Shown here: piece by piece, positions 1 through 8,708 of the stretch | Numbering within the stretch: the stretch's first letter is position 1 | How the letters are laid out: every line of letters begins with the position of its first letter | NCBI GenBank assembly: GCA_964624605.1 | Contig: CAZUXS010000001.1 | Coordinates: forward strand, 1-61,525 | Origin: an uncultured Lachnospiraceae bacterium | Lineage (GTDB): Bacteria; Bacillota; Clostridia; Lachnospirales; CAG-274 | DNA: 61,525 nt | Reading direction: 5' to 3' | Made by a program: the position numbers and the translations under genes | Notes under the pieces: model-generated | What the model saw: only the letters and a program-made list of their open reading frames with translations | What the model was told of the DNA's origin: nothing | Database searches by the model: none

Positions 1-1
1 T

Positions 2-322
2 CAAAATCCTCCGATTGAAAAAATGCTGCCTCCCGACGGAGTGTATTTTTCACAGCTTATATATGAGGGAAGAAGATACAACGGCATAACAAATGTGGGC
101 ACAAACCCCACTTTCGGCAAGAATTACCGCCGTGTGGAAACACATATCCTCGATTTTGACGAGGAGATTTACGGCAAAGAAGTTGTGGTCGGACTTTTCA
201 AGAAAATAAGAGAAGAAGTCCGTTTTGAAAATATGGATAAACTTAAGTCACAGCTTGAAAAGGATAAGGCAACGGCACTCGGCTTTTCGGCAACTTTGGA
301 GATGTCGGATTATGACTTTTAA
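2..322 (+). CDS. ribF: riboflavin kinase / FMN adenylyltransferase, C-terminal riboflavin-kinase part (5' end lies outside the window)
   Basis: The open frame runs from the window edge. The translation GVYFS..GRRYNGITNVGTNPTF...VETHILDFDEEIYGKEV.V.L.KKIREE.RF is the typical RibF C-terminal kinase domain. Confidence 0.85.
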   Translation, partial: QNPPIEKMLPPDGVYFSQLIYEGRRYNGITNVGTNPTFGKNYRRVETHILDFDEEIYGKEVVVGLFKKIREEVRFENMDKLKSQLEKDKATALGFSATLEMSDYDF

Positions 323-725
323 GGGTGATAAGCTTTTTAAGGCTAGGGTGCTTACGGGTGTGATTGTGCCTGTGCTGGTGCTTGCAGGTGCTTTTACACT
401 GTATTTTTACGGTAGTCCGTTTAAATGCGTTTTTTACCGATTGACGGGGTTATATTGCCCCGGTTGCGGTTCGGGCAGAGCCGCAACAGCATTAATACAT
501 TTGAAAATATGGCAGGCTTTAAGGTACAATATGTTGTTTGTGTTTTTAGGCTTGCCATGTATACTATATGGGGTGGGTGCATATTTAAAGTTTGTTTTCG
601 GCATAAAAGTACCATTGCCGAAATATATGCCAAACTCAGTTATAATGACAGTGACGGTTGTTATTGTCTTGTTTTGGATATTAAGGAACATAGGGGTGTT
701 TCCTTTCACATTGCTTGCACCCTAA
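312..725 (+). CDS. DUF2752-family small membrane protein
   Basis: An internal ATG at 312 overlaps the ribF stop. The protein has a hydrophobic N-terminus, a CPGCGSGR motif, and further TM segments typical of DUF2752. Confidence 0.65.
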   Translation: MTFKGDKLFKARVLTGVIVPVLVLAGAFTLYFYGSPFKCVFYRLTGLYCPGCGSGRAATALIHLKIWQALRYNMLFVFLGLPCILYGVGAYLKFVFGIKVPLPKYMPNSVIMTVTVVIVLFWILRNIGVFPFTLLAP

Positions 726-761
726 GCTGAAATTTGAAAAAATACGGGAGGAGGAAATTTT

Positions 762-1370
762 ATGAAAATTTGTCCTAATTGTTCATATCAGAATGATGAT
801 TCAAGTTTGTTTTGCGCCAATTGCGGTAAGAAGCTTGAAGAATTGCAGCAAAATAATATTGATGATTCAAAATCCGAAAATTCCGAACTCACACAGGAGA
901 TAGGTAATGGACCTTTTGTGGGGGAATTGGTGGCGGATGACTTTGTTGAAAATTCAAACCAAACGGTGTACAATGATTTGAGTACAAATTCAAACCAAAC
1001 GGTGTACAATGATTTGAACACAAATTCAAACCAAACGGTGTACAATGATTTGAGTACAAATTCAAATCAAACAGTACAAAACACTTTGAATACAAATCCG
1101 GTTCAAACAATTTATAATGATTTGAATTCCAATGTGAACCAACCACCGTACGGCAACGGTTCTCAAATTAATAATGTGCAGCCGCAGCAACCATATTTCA
1201 ATAATACACAGCAGGTTCAAGGCGGGGTGCAGGGTGCTAATACATATAACAATATGTACAGCGATAAAAAAATAAATGCAACACCTTATGTTATATGGGC
1301 TATTGCCGATTTGGTTTGTTGCTGTTTGCCACTGGGTATTGCAGCTCTCATATTTGCAATGCAGATATAA
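762..1370 (+). CDS. zinc-ribbon / Asn-rich tandem-repeat / CD225 (dispanin)-family membrane protein; the frame is broken inside the CD225 domain (see finding)
   Basis: RBS gggaggagg lies upstream. There is an N-terminal CPNC..CANCG zinc ribbon and a 12-aa repeat NSNQTVYNDL(S/N)T. The C-terminus YVIWAIADLVCCCLPLGIAALIFA is CD225 helix 1. The rest of the domain (NSAQTYEEAEKKRQTAMILCIIGTVAGF...) continues in another frame, in ORF 1295..1492. Confidence 0.7.
   Translation: MKICPNCSYQNDDSSLFCANCGKKLEELQQNNIDDSKSENSELTQEIGNGPFVGELVADDFVENSNQTVYNDLSTNSNQTVYNDLNTNSNQTVYNDLSTNSNQTVQNTLNTNPVQTIYNDLNSNVNQPPYGNGSQINNVQPQQPYFNNTQQVQGGVQGANTYNNMYSDKKINATPYVIWAIADLVCCCLPLGIAALIFAMQI
951..1130 (+). repeat. 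36-bp in-frame tandem repeat, 5 units (3 near-perfect, 2 degenerate)
   Basis: The unit aattcaaaccaaacggtgtacaatgatttgagtaca occurs at 951, 987 and 1023. Degenerate copies occur at 1059 and 1095. Confidence 0.9.
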
Positions 1371-1527
1371 ATTCGGCTCAAACCTATGAAGAGGCTGAAA
1401 AGAAGAGACAGACCGCTATGATACTTTGTATAATAGGTACTGTTGCCGGCTTTCTATGCAGTGCAATATATGTCTTGGCTATACTTGCATAGTGACAGGT
1501 CAATTTTTAAATATGAAAAATTATCAC

Positions 1528-1562
1528 CCTCTGTCGATATGAACGGCAGAGGTTTTCGTTTT
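1528..1562 (+). terminator. rho-independent terminator
   Basis: The stem cctctgtcg / cggcagagg (9 bp, one G-U) is followed by ttttcgtttt. Confidence 0.7.
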
Positions 1563-1798
1563 ATATAAATATATTTCAAACGATGGGTATTGAATAAGAT
1601 ATTTTTTATGTTTGAAAAAACGGAATTTTTATAAAATTTTACAATAGGTGTTTTTTTAGTAAAACTGCCTATTGTTTTGTACAAATAAATTTCAAAATTG
1701 GTTATATGATGTATTGAATAATTTGCTTAATTTGTGTAAAATAGTATGGGCAAATATTGTGTATTAAATTATATATTAAAAAAGAGAGTGATATTAAA

Positions 1799-3628
1799 AT
1801 GAAAACAACCAGAGATGATATAAGAAACATTGCCATTATTGCACACGTTGACCACGGTAAAACCACACTTGTGGACGAGCTTTTGAAGCAGAGCGGTACT
1901 TTCCGTTCCAATCAGGTGGTACGTGAGAGAGTAATGGATAGCGGTGATATTGAACGTGAAAGAGGTATCACAATTCTTTCAAAGAATACTGCCGTATATT
2001 ATGAGCATACAAAGATAAATATTGTAGATACACCGGGCCATGCCGACTTTGGCGGTGAGGTTGAGCGTGTACTTAAGATGGTAAACGGCGTTGTACTCGT
2101 TGTTGATGCTTACGAGGGTGCTATGCCACAGACTAAGTTCGTTCTTAAAAATGCACTTGCACTCGGACTTCCCGTTGTTGTTTGTGTAAACAAGGTTGAC
2201 CGTCCGGAAGCAAGATGTGAAGAAGTTGTGGACGAAATCCTTGAACTTTTCATGGAGCTTGATGCTACGGATGAACAGCTTGACAGCCCATTCGTATTCG
2301 CAAGTGCTAAGCTTGGTAAGGCTTCACTCAACGCAGATGATGTGCTTGAAAAGGAAGATATGAAGCCGCTTTTCGATACTATCATTGAGCATATTCCAGG
2401 TCCCGAGGGCGATGTGGAAGCACCTCTCCAGATGCTTGTAACAACAATCGATTTCAACGAATATGTTGGTAAGATTGGTATCGGTAAGATTGAAAACGGT
2501 TCCGTTAAGGTAAATGACGAAGTTGCAATCGTAAATATTCACGACCCCGAAAAGCTTGAAAAGATAAGAGTAACAAAGCTTTATGAATATGAAGGTCTTG
2601 AAAGAGTTGAGGTTAAGGAATCTTCAATGGGTTCTATCGTTGCTGTTTCCGGTATGCCCGAAATTCATATCGGTGATACAATTGCCGCTGTTGAAAATCC
2701 TGTGCCTATCGAGGTTAGCAAAATCAGCGAGCCTACACTTTCAATGATGTTCAGCGTAAATGACAGTCCTTTCGCAGGTCAGGAGGGTAAGTTTGTAACA
2801 AGCCGTCACCTCAGAGAAAGACTTATGAGAGAGCTTAACACAGACGTCAGCCTTAAGGTTGAGGACACAGAGCGTCCCGAGGCATTCAAGGTTAGCGGTA
2901 GAGGTGAGCTCCACCTTTCAATCCTCATCGAAACAATGAGAAGAGAGGGTTATGAGTTCCAGGTTGCTCGTCCTCAGGTACTTTATAAGGAAGAAAACGG
3001 CAAAAAGGTTGAGCCTATGGAGCTTGCAACAATCGATGTTCCCGAAGAATACGTTGGTAGCGTAATTGAGAAACTCGGTCAGCGTAAGGGCGAAATGGTT
3101 AATATGATGCCATCTAAGGGCGGTTACACAAGACTTGAATTCAACATCCCCGCAAGAGGTCTTATAGGTTACAGAAATGAGTTCTTGACAGATACAAGAG
3201 GTAACGGTATCCTCAACACAATTTTCAACGGTTATGAGCCATACAAGGGTGATATTGAATCACGTCAGCAGGGTTCACTTATAGCATTTGAAACAGGTGA
3301 GGCTGTAAGTTACGGTCTTTTCAATGCACAGGACAGAGGTGACCTCTTCATCGGTGCAGGCACAAAGGTTTACAGCGGTATGGTTGTCGGCAGAAATGCA
3401 AGAACAGGCGATATGGAAGTAAACGTATGTAAGAAGAAGCAGCTTACAAACACAAGAGCATCGGGTTCAGATGATGCACTTAAGCTCACACCTCATATCG
3501 TAATGAGCCTTGAACAGTGTATCGACTTCATTTCAGATGATGAGCTTGTTGAAGTAACACCGGAAAATCTCAGACTTCGTAAAAAACTTCTTGACCCAAT
3601 CGCAAGAAGAAAGGCAAACCGTTACTAA
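1799..3628 (+). CDS. typA: translational GTPase TypA/BipA
   Basis: The translation begins MKTTRDDIRNIAIIAHVDHGKTTLVD and carries DTPGHADF and NKVDR G-motifs plus an EF-G-like C-terminal part. The ATG at 1799 is preceded by aaagagag. Confidence 0.95.
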   Translation: MKTTRDDIRNIAIIAHVDHGKTTLVDELLKQSGTFRSNQVVRERVMDSGDIERERGITILSKNTAVYYEHTKINIVDTPGHADFGGEVERVLKMVNGVVLVVDAYEGAMPQTKFVLKNALALGLPVVVCVNKVDRPEARCEEVVDEILELFMELDATDEQLDSPFVFASAKLGKASLNADDVLEKEDMKPLFDTIIEHIPGPEGDVEAPLQMLVTTIDFNEYVGKIGIGKIENGSVKVNDEVAIVNIHDPEKLEKIRVTKLYEYEGLERVEVKESSMGSIVAVSGMPEIHIGDTIAAVENPVPIEVSKISEPTLSMMFSVNDSPFAGQEGKFVTSRHLRERLMRELNTDVSLKVEDTERPEAFKVSGRGELHLSILIETMRREGYEFQVARPQVLYKEENGKKVEPMELATIDVPEEYVGSVIEKLGQRKGEMVNMMPSKGGYTRLEFNIPARGLIGYRNEFLTDTRGNGILNTIFNGYEPYKGDIESRQQGSLIAFETGEAVSYGLFNAQDRGDLFIGAGTKVYSGMVVGRNARTGDMEVNVCKKKQLTNTRASGSDDALKLTPHIVMSLEQCIDFISDDELVEVTPENLRLRKKLLDPIARRKANRY

Positions 3629-3646
3629 TACGGCAGGGGAAGGATT

Positions 3647-5284
3647 ATGGGCAAAAAAAAGGATAAAAAAGTCGGCGGCTCGTTTGTGAAAATGGCGGCT
3701 ATACTTGCGGCGGCAGGTTTGGTTGTCAGGTTCATAGGCTTTTTATACAGACTTCCGCTCACCAATATGATAGGTGATGAGGGTAACGGTATTTATGCTG
3801 CAGGCTACAATATATATAACTTTTTTCTGATTATGAGTTCCGCAGGCTTGCCCGTTGCCATTTCAAGAATGGTGGCGGAAAAGCTTGCACTTGAAGAATA
3901 TACAAATGCGAGAAAGATATTCAAGGTATCTATGCTTGCGGCAGGCGGTTTCAGCTTGTTGCTTGCGATTTTGATGGCTGTGGGTACAAAGATATTTTAT
4001 GACTACAGCTTAAGCACGGGAAATACCGAAAGCTTGATGTTTTCAAGCGTTTGGTGTTTATATTCCCTTTCACCAACAATATTCATCGTAGGTGTTATGG
4101 CTGTGTACAGAGGATATTTCCAAGGCTTTCAAACCACAGTGCCGACGGCACTTTCACAGATTGTGGAGCAGGTTTTCAACGCTGTTTTCAGTGTGTATCT
4201 TGCATGGCTGTGGATAGGCTACGGCGTTCAATACGGTGCGGCAGGCGGCACGGCGGGTACGGGTGTCGGCGCACTTTCCGGCTTAATCATACTTATGGTA
4301 TTCTTTGTGCTTACAAGAAACGGCAGAAAAGAAATTTTTGCCACGGATAAAAAGAATTACCAAGTTGAATCAAGCGGCAGAATTTTGAAAAATTTGGTTA
4401 AGATTGCAGTTCCGGTAATCACGGGTACGGCTATATTCAGTATGACAAACTTTGTTGATATGATAATGGTGGAATCAAGACTTAAGGTTGCAGGCTTCGA
4501 TTCAACCACGGCTACCGTGCTTTACGGTCAGCTTAACGGCAAGTATGTCACACTTTCAACTATGCCCGTTGCCATATCTTCCGCTATAGCTACGGCGGTT
4601 ATTCCGAGTATTGCGGCAAGTCTTGCAAAAAAGGACTATGATATTGTGCAATCAAAGGTTGATACCGCACTTAGAATCACAATGATGATTTCAATACCTG
4701 CGGCGGCTGGTTTGGGTGCACTCGGCGGACCTATACTGAAAATGCTTTTCCCCAAATATGCGGATGGTGCATCACTTATAACCGTTGGTTCATTAAGTGT
4801 AATTTTCCTTGCACTCAGCCAGATATCAACGGGTGTGCTTCAAGGTATAGGCAAGGTTAAAACTCCCGCTTACAATGCACTTTGGGGTGCACTCACAAAA
4901 ATACCTGTAAACTATGTGCTTATAGCTATACCACAGATTAACATTATAGGTGCTGTAATAAGTACCACGGTTTGTTATATAGTGTGCAGTATACTCAATT
5001 TCAAGGCACTTGTGAAGGCTACGGGTGTTCGCCCCGATTATAAGGGTATGCTTGTGATACCTATGGCTTCCGCTGTGTTTATGGCACTTGCTTGCATAGG
5101 TGTGTACGATGCAATGAGCCTTGTGGCAGGCAATACAATTTCAACATTGGTTGCAATAGTTGTGGCGGTGTTTGTGTATGCCGTTGCAATGGCACTTTTA
5201 AAGGGCTTTAAGCGTGAAGATTTGGTGCTTGTGCCTATGGGCGGAAAAATAATAAAGATTTTGGAAAAAATAAATCGTATATAA
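3647..5284 (+). CDS. MOP-superfamily polysaccharide/lipid II flippase (SpoVB/MurJ-like)
   Basis: This is a 545-aa polytopic membrane protein with a basic N-terminus and about 14 TM segments. The pattern is that of polysaccharide-biosynthesis / stage V sporulation protein B-like proteins. Confidence 0.75.
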   Translation: MGKKKDKKVGGSFVKMAAILAAAGLVVRFIGFLYRLPLTNMIGDEGNGIYAAGYNIYNFFLIMSSAGLPVAISRMVAEKLALEEYTNARKIFKVSMLAAGGFSLLLAILMAVGTKIFYDYSLSTGNTESLMFSSVWCLYSLSPTIFIVGVMAVYRGYFQGFQTTVPTALSQIVEQVFNAVFSVYLAWLWIGYGVQYGAAGGTAGTGVGALSGLIILMVFFVLTRNGRKEIFATDKKNYQVESSGRILKNLVKIAVPVITGTAIFSMTNFVDMIMVESRLKVAGFDSTTATVLYGQLNGKYVTLSTMPVAISSAIATAVIPSIAASLAKKDYDIVQSKVDTALRITMMISIPAAAGLGALGGPILKMLFPKYADGASLITVGSLSVIFLALSQISTGVLQGIGKVKTPAYNALWGALTKIPVNYVLIAIPQINIIGAVISTTVCYIVCSILNFKALVKATGVRPDYKGMLVIPMASAVFMALACIGVYDAMSLVAGNTISTLVAIVVAVFVYAVAMALLKGFKREDLVLVPMGGKIIKILEKINRI

Positions 5285-5291
5285 TGAAAAG

Positions 5292-5322
5292 GCGTGTTGA
5301 TTTCGGTTGACACGCTTTTTTT
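5292..5322 (+). terminator. rho-independent terminator
   Basis: The hairpin gcgtgttga-tttcgg-ttgacacgc is followed by a T7 run. Confidence 0.7.
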
Positions 5323-5340
5323 CAAAAGGGAGGGTATGCT

Positions 5341-5865
5341 GTGAAAATAAAATTTATTGCACATATAAATGAATTTGTTATTTATTCATTTGCAGGTTGG
5401 TTTTACGAAACGATGGTAAATTCAGTACTTATGGGTAGATTGTATTTGGATAGGGGATTTTTGCATATACCGATATGCCCCATTTACGGTTTCGGGGCTT
5501 TGATAATGTTGTTTCTGTTCCATCGCATAAATAAAGAATTAAATATTCCGACGGTGTTCATAGGCGGCACTGTAGTAACAACTATTGTTGAATACATATC
5601 GGCATTACTCATTGAAAATACACTACACACAACACTTTGGGATTACAGTGAATGGATATGCAATTTTCAAGGGAGAATTTCGCTTATAAGCAGTTTGATT
5701 TTCGGTTGCGGTTGTGTGTGGGCATATAAGTTTGTAAATCCTCTTATGCTGAAATTGAGCGGTGATGAAAAACATAAAAAAATCACCACCGTCACAGCTG
5801 TTGTGTGTGCGGTGGTGGTTGCAATTGATTTTGTAATTTGTGTTGTTGAAAGATGGAACGCTTGA
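5341..5865 (+). CDS. putative ABC-transporter type IV (PF06541-like) membrane protein
   Basis: FAGWFYETMVNS....G.L..RGFLHIPICPIYGFGA is the signature N-terminus of this family. The protein has 4-5 TM segments. The start codon is uncertain (GTG at 5341). Confidence 0.6.
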   Translation: MKIKFIAHINEFVIYSFAGWFYETMVNSVLMGRLYLDRGFLHIPICPIYGFGALIMLFLFHRINKELNIPTVFIGGTVVTTIVEYISALLIENTLHTTLWDYSEWICNFQGRISLISSLIFGCGCVWAYKFVNPLMLKLSGDEKHKKITTVTAVVCAVVVAIDFVICVVERWNA

Positions 5866-5974
5866 TTTTCTACAGAGGAAAATGCTTGAGAATGATGAAA
5901 TCAACATAGTCATTCAAGACAGTGGGCAATGTCATCAACTTAAGAAAAATATATGAGTTATAGCTCAATAAAGA

Positions 5975-6197
5975 CAACTCCCCACCCACACCGTAAAACG
6001 GGTGGGTGCAGGGCAACCCGCCACCATACTCCGATAATCCATCGTACTCTATGCCCTGCCCGTTAGGGGTATGGGGCGAATCTAGTTTCAAAATTACAAA
6101 GTAATTTTGAAATCCCGTAGGGATTCGCAATTTTGCTTTGCAAAATGCGAACCACCCAAGGTTTTTGGTTCTTTTTGCCCTCAAAAAGAACAATCTT
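5975..6197 (-). repeat. mosaic hairpin-module intergenic repeat, copy A (inverted relative to copy B at 44314-44815)
   Basis: The reverse complement contains gattgttcttttt..aaaaagaaccaaaaac..gattcgccccaWacccctaacgggcaggg..ggtggcgggttgccctgcacccacccgt, which is shared with 44318-44452. It also contains perfect short palindromes, for example ttcaaaattac-aaa-gtaattttgaa and atccc-gta-gggat. Confidence 0.85.
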
Positions 6198-6363
6198 TTA
6201 GTTTGGCAATAACCTTTTTTGCATCGTCTATGCAGGCACTGCACATGACACCGAGTTTCATGCTTTTTTCAAGGTCATCAAACCCGTTTGCACCGTTTTG
6301 CAGTGCCGTTTTTATGTCGTTTACCGTAATGCCGTAGCAGTCGCATACAAGCCTGTCTTTCAT
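6181..6363 (-). CDS. BFD-like [2Fe-2S]-binding domain protein (60 aa)
   Basis: The C.C...(N)...C..C pattern is present (CDCYGITVNDI....GVMCSACIDDAKKVI). The ATG overlaps the stop of the upstream LRR gene (ATGA). The last codons lie inside repeat copy A. Confidence 0.7.
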   Translation of the reverse strand: MKDRLVCDCYGITVNDIKTALQNGANGFDDLEKSMKLGVMCSACIDDAKKVIAKLKDCSF

Positions 6364-8591
6364 TTCTTTACCCCCGATTCTATTGCATCAAGAAGTGTTA
6401 TGTTACCGTCACCGTTTATATCGGCGGCTTTTTTATTGAATTTTGAATCACCTATAGGCAGATTTGTTATGTATTTAAGTATGTATGCCATGTCGGCTAT
6501 ATCCGTATTTGAATCCATATTAACATCACCCGTAGTGTAGGGTACTTCTTCAAGAAGTCCGCTGTCATTAAGGCGGTAATACATATCACCCTCAACGGTT
6601 ACAGGAGTTTTGCCGTTCTTTATTCTGGCGTTTATTGTTTTGAACATTTCATCCTCAATTGTCATAACGCTTGCGGGAATGGTGATATCAGTGAGTGCAA
6701 GATTCTGATTATTGTCAACAAAAAATGAACCCTGTGCTATATTTTCACAGGCATCGTTTATTTTTAAACTGCCGCTGTAGCAGGTCGGTATATACCACAG
6801 TGTTTTAAAATCCTTTGAATACAAAACTCCGTCATCGGTGCTGTAGTTGGGATTTGTGTTATTTACTTCAATTTCCTCTATACCTGTGTATACATAGAGT
6901 GCACCCGAAAGATTGTTAGATGACGGGTTGATTATATTATCGGGTAAATCGCCCGTGATTACAAAGTTATCCGGCAAAACAAGTGTTTTAAGGCTCTTGT
7001 TGCGTGAAAATACAAGTTGGTCAAGCTGTGTGATGGTTTCGGGCAGTTCAAAACGGCTGTCCGTCTTTCCTCTCGGGTAACCTACAAGCCTTGTCATATC
7101 GCTTGTGTAAAGCACACCTTCAACGGCGGTGAAATTTTCATTTCCCTCGGCAACCTCGAATGCTGTGAAAGTGTTGTCCTTGCCCATATCGTAAAATACG
7201 TGGTCACCGTAATATGTATTTTCTTCAACGTCATTATCTCCGCCTATGATTTTAACCGTTGAGGGTATTGTGAGCTTTGTGTTTTCAATGCCGTACATGT
7301 GGTCAAAAGCACCGTCGGATATGGTTTCAAGTCCTTCGTTGAGTTCAAGATATTTTATTTTTGAACAAAATTCAAAGGCATAGCAGCCTATTTTTTTCAG
7401 TGTTGAGGGCAGTTGCAACTCCGTAAACCGCATATCGGCTCCCTCGCTGCCGAAGCTTGCAAAGCCTATTTCTTCAACACCTTCCTCAAATGTGAGTTTT
7501 CCGTTTAGTTTGGTGCAGTTATAGAAACAGGTACCACCTACGGTTTTAACATTTCCGGGTATGGTCAAATCTCCTGTGACGGCTGTGTATGCGAATACCC
7601 AATCGCTGAGATAATTGAGAGTTTCCGGAAATACAAGTTCACAGCTAAGTTTGCTGCAACCGTAAAAGCTGCCGTAGCAAATTCTTTCAAGTATAGAATT
7701 GAATTTTACTGATGTTATATTTGTGTTCATAAATGCATAGGCATATATTTGCTTTGTGTTTGCGGGCAATGTGAGTTCACCCGAAAGTGATGAATTCGCA
7801 AATGCCGCACCGCCTATTATTTCAATGCTGTCCGGAAGTGAAACTTTTCCAACATCACATTTATAAAAAGCAAAGGTGTCTATGATTTGTATACCCGAGG
7901 ATATGGTTACGGATGTGGCGGTATTATTCAGATTTTTGAGTACCGTGTTTTTGTCATCTTCTCCGCTGACGGTGGTTATAATTTTTCCGTCATAAAAATT
8001 TGGAACAACAACATCCGTGTCGGTGCCTTTGTAGAAATATAAGGTATTATCCTCGGCTGTCCATTCATCCTCTGTTGTGACTATTTTTGTGGGCGATAAG
8101 GTCATTTTTTTGACATCATCACCGTTTGCGAACGTTACTTCAACCTCGTCCGTGATTTGTATGTTGTTGTCGTAGTATTGATATATGTAGCCGTTATCAT
8201 CCGGACGGGTTAATTCGGTTGTTTCATCGCCTATTGTGAGAGTTGTGCCGTTTGAATAGGATGTGCATTTTATAAGTGCCGCTTTCAGCGTGTTTTCATC
8301 ATCCACATATATGGCAGAGGCGGAAATTGTTTCATCCAATGACAATGCGGATGGAGAAGTTGTTTCATCCAGTAATGCGGATGAGGAGGTTGTTTCATCC
8401 GAATCATTGTATTCAAATGCGGTTATCCTGCCGTTGTTTTTTTCGGATAAATCGGATAAATCGGATAAATCGGATAAATCGGTTTTTACAATCGGTGTCG
8501 GTGCTTCAGGTAATTGCACCGCATATATGCTGTTTGAAAATGCAAAACACAGCAATATGAGTATCGTTGATAATTTTGATAATGTTTTCAT
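6360..8591 (-). CDS. secreted BspA-type leucine-rich-repeat (LRR_5) surface protein with a C-terminal type-I dockerin
   Basis: An N-terminal signal peptide is present (MKTLSKLSTILILLCFAFSNSIYA). Many I....AF..C..L..I.IP..V..IG..AF repeats follow. The C-terminus GDVNMDSNTDIADMAYILKYI...ADINGDGNITLLDAI is a duplicated Ca-binding dockerin segment. Confidence 0.85.
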   Translation of the reverse strand: MKTLSKLSTILILLCFAFSNSIYAVQLPEAPTPIVKTDLSDLSDLSDLSEKNNGRITAFEYNDSDETTSSSALLDETTSPSALSLDETISASAIYVDDENTLKAALIKCTSYSNGTTLTIGDETTELTRPDDNGYIYQYYDNNIQITDEVEVTFANGDDVKKMTLSPTKIVTTEDEWTAEDNTLYFYKGTDTDVVVPNFYDGKIITTVSGEDDKNTVLKNLNNTATSVTISSGIQIIDTFAFYKCDVGKVSLPDSIEIIGGAAFANSSLSGELTLPANTKQIYAYAFMNTNITSVKFNSILERICYGSFYGCSKLSCELVFPETLNYLSDWVFAYTAVTGDLTIPGNVKTVGGTCFYNCTKLNGKLTFEEGVEEIGFASFGSEGADMRFTELQLPSTLKKIGCYAFEFCSKIKYLELNEGLETISDGAFDHMYGIENTKLTIPSTVKIIGGDNDVEENTYYGDHVFYDMGKDNTFTAFEVAEGNENFTAVEGVLYTSDMTRLVGYPRGKTDSRFELPETITQLDQLVFSRNKSLKTLVLPDNFVITGDLPDNIINPSSNNLSGALYVYTGIEEIEVNNTNPNYSTDDGVLYSKDFKTLWYIPTCYSGSLKINDACENIAQGSFFVDNNQNLALTDITIPASVMTIEDEMFKTINARIKNGKTPVTVEGDMYYRLNDSGLLEEVPYTTGDVNMDSNTDIADMAYILKYITNLPIGDSKFNKKAADINGDGNITLLDAIESGVKK
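8444..8482 (-). repeat. 9-bp microsatellite (cggataaat x4) encoding (DLS)4 in the LRR protein
   Basis: Four perfect head-to-tail 9-bp units are read directly. The repeat is in-frame. Confidence 0.9.
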
Positions 8592-8708
8592 AAAAAACTC
8601 CTTTCGCCTTTTACTACATTATATAATTTTTAATCTTATATGTAAAGTATTTTCTTGTAAAATCAGGGAAGTTATGGTACAATAGGGTATATGCGGGAGG
8701 TAAACACT

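Noticed and set aside
5870-6244. ORF of 124 aa (minus strand) across repeat copy A; the same applies to ORFs 44307..44555 (minus) and 44514..44720 (plus) across copy B
   Set aside because: They lie wholly inside the palindromic mosaic repeat, lack an RBS, and have low-complexity translations. They are open only because of repeat composition.
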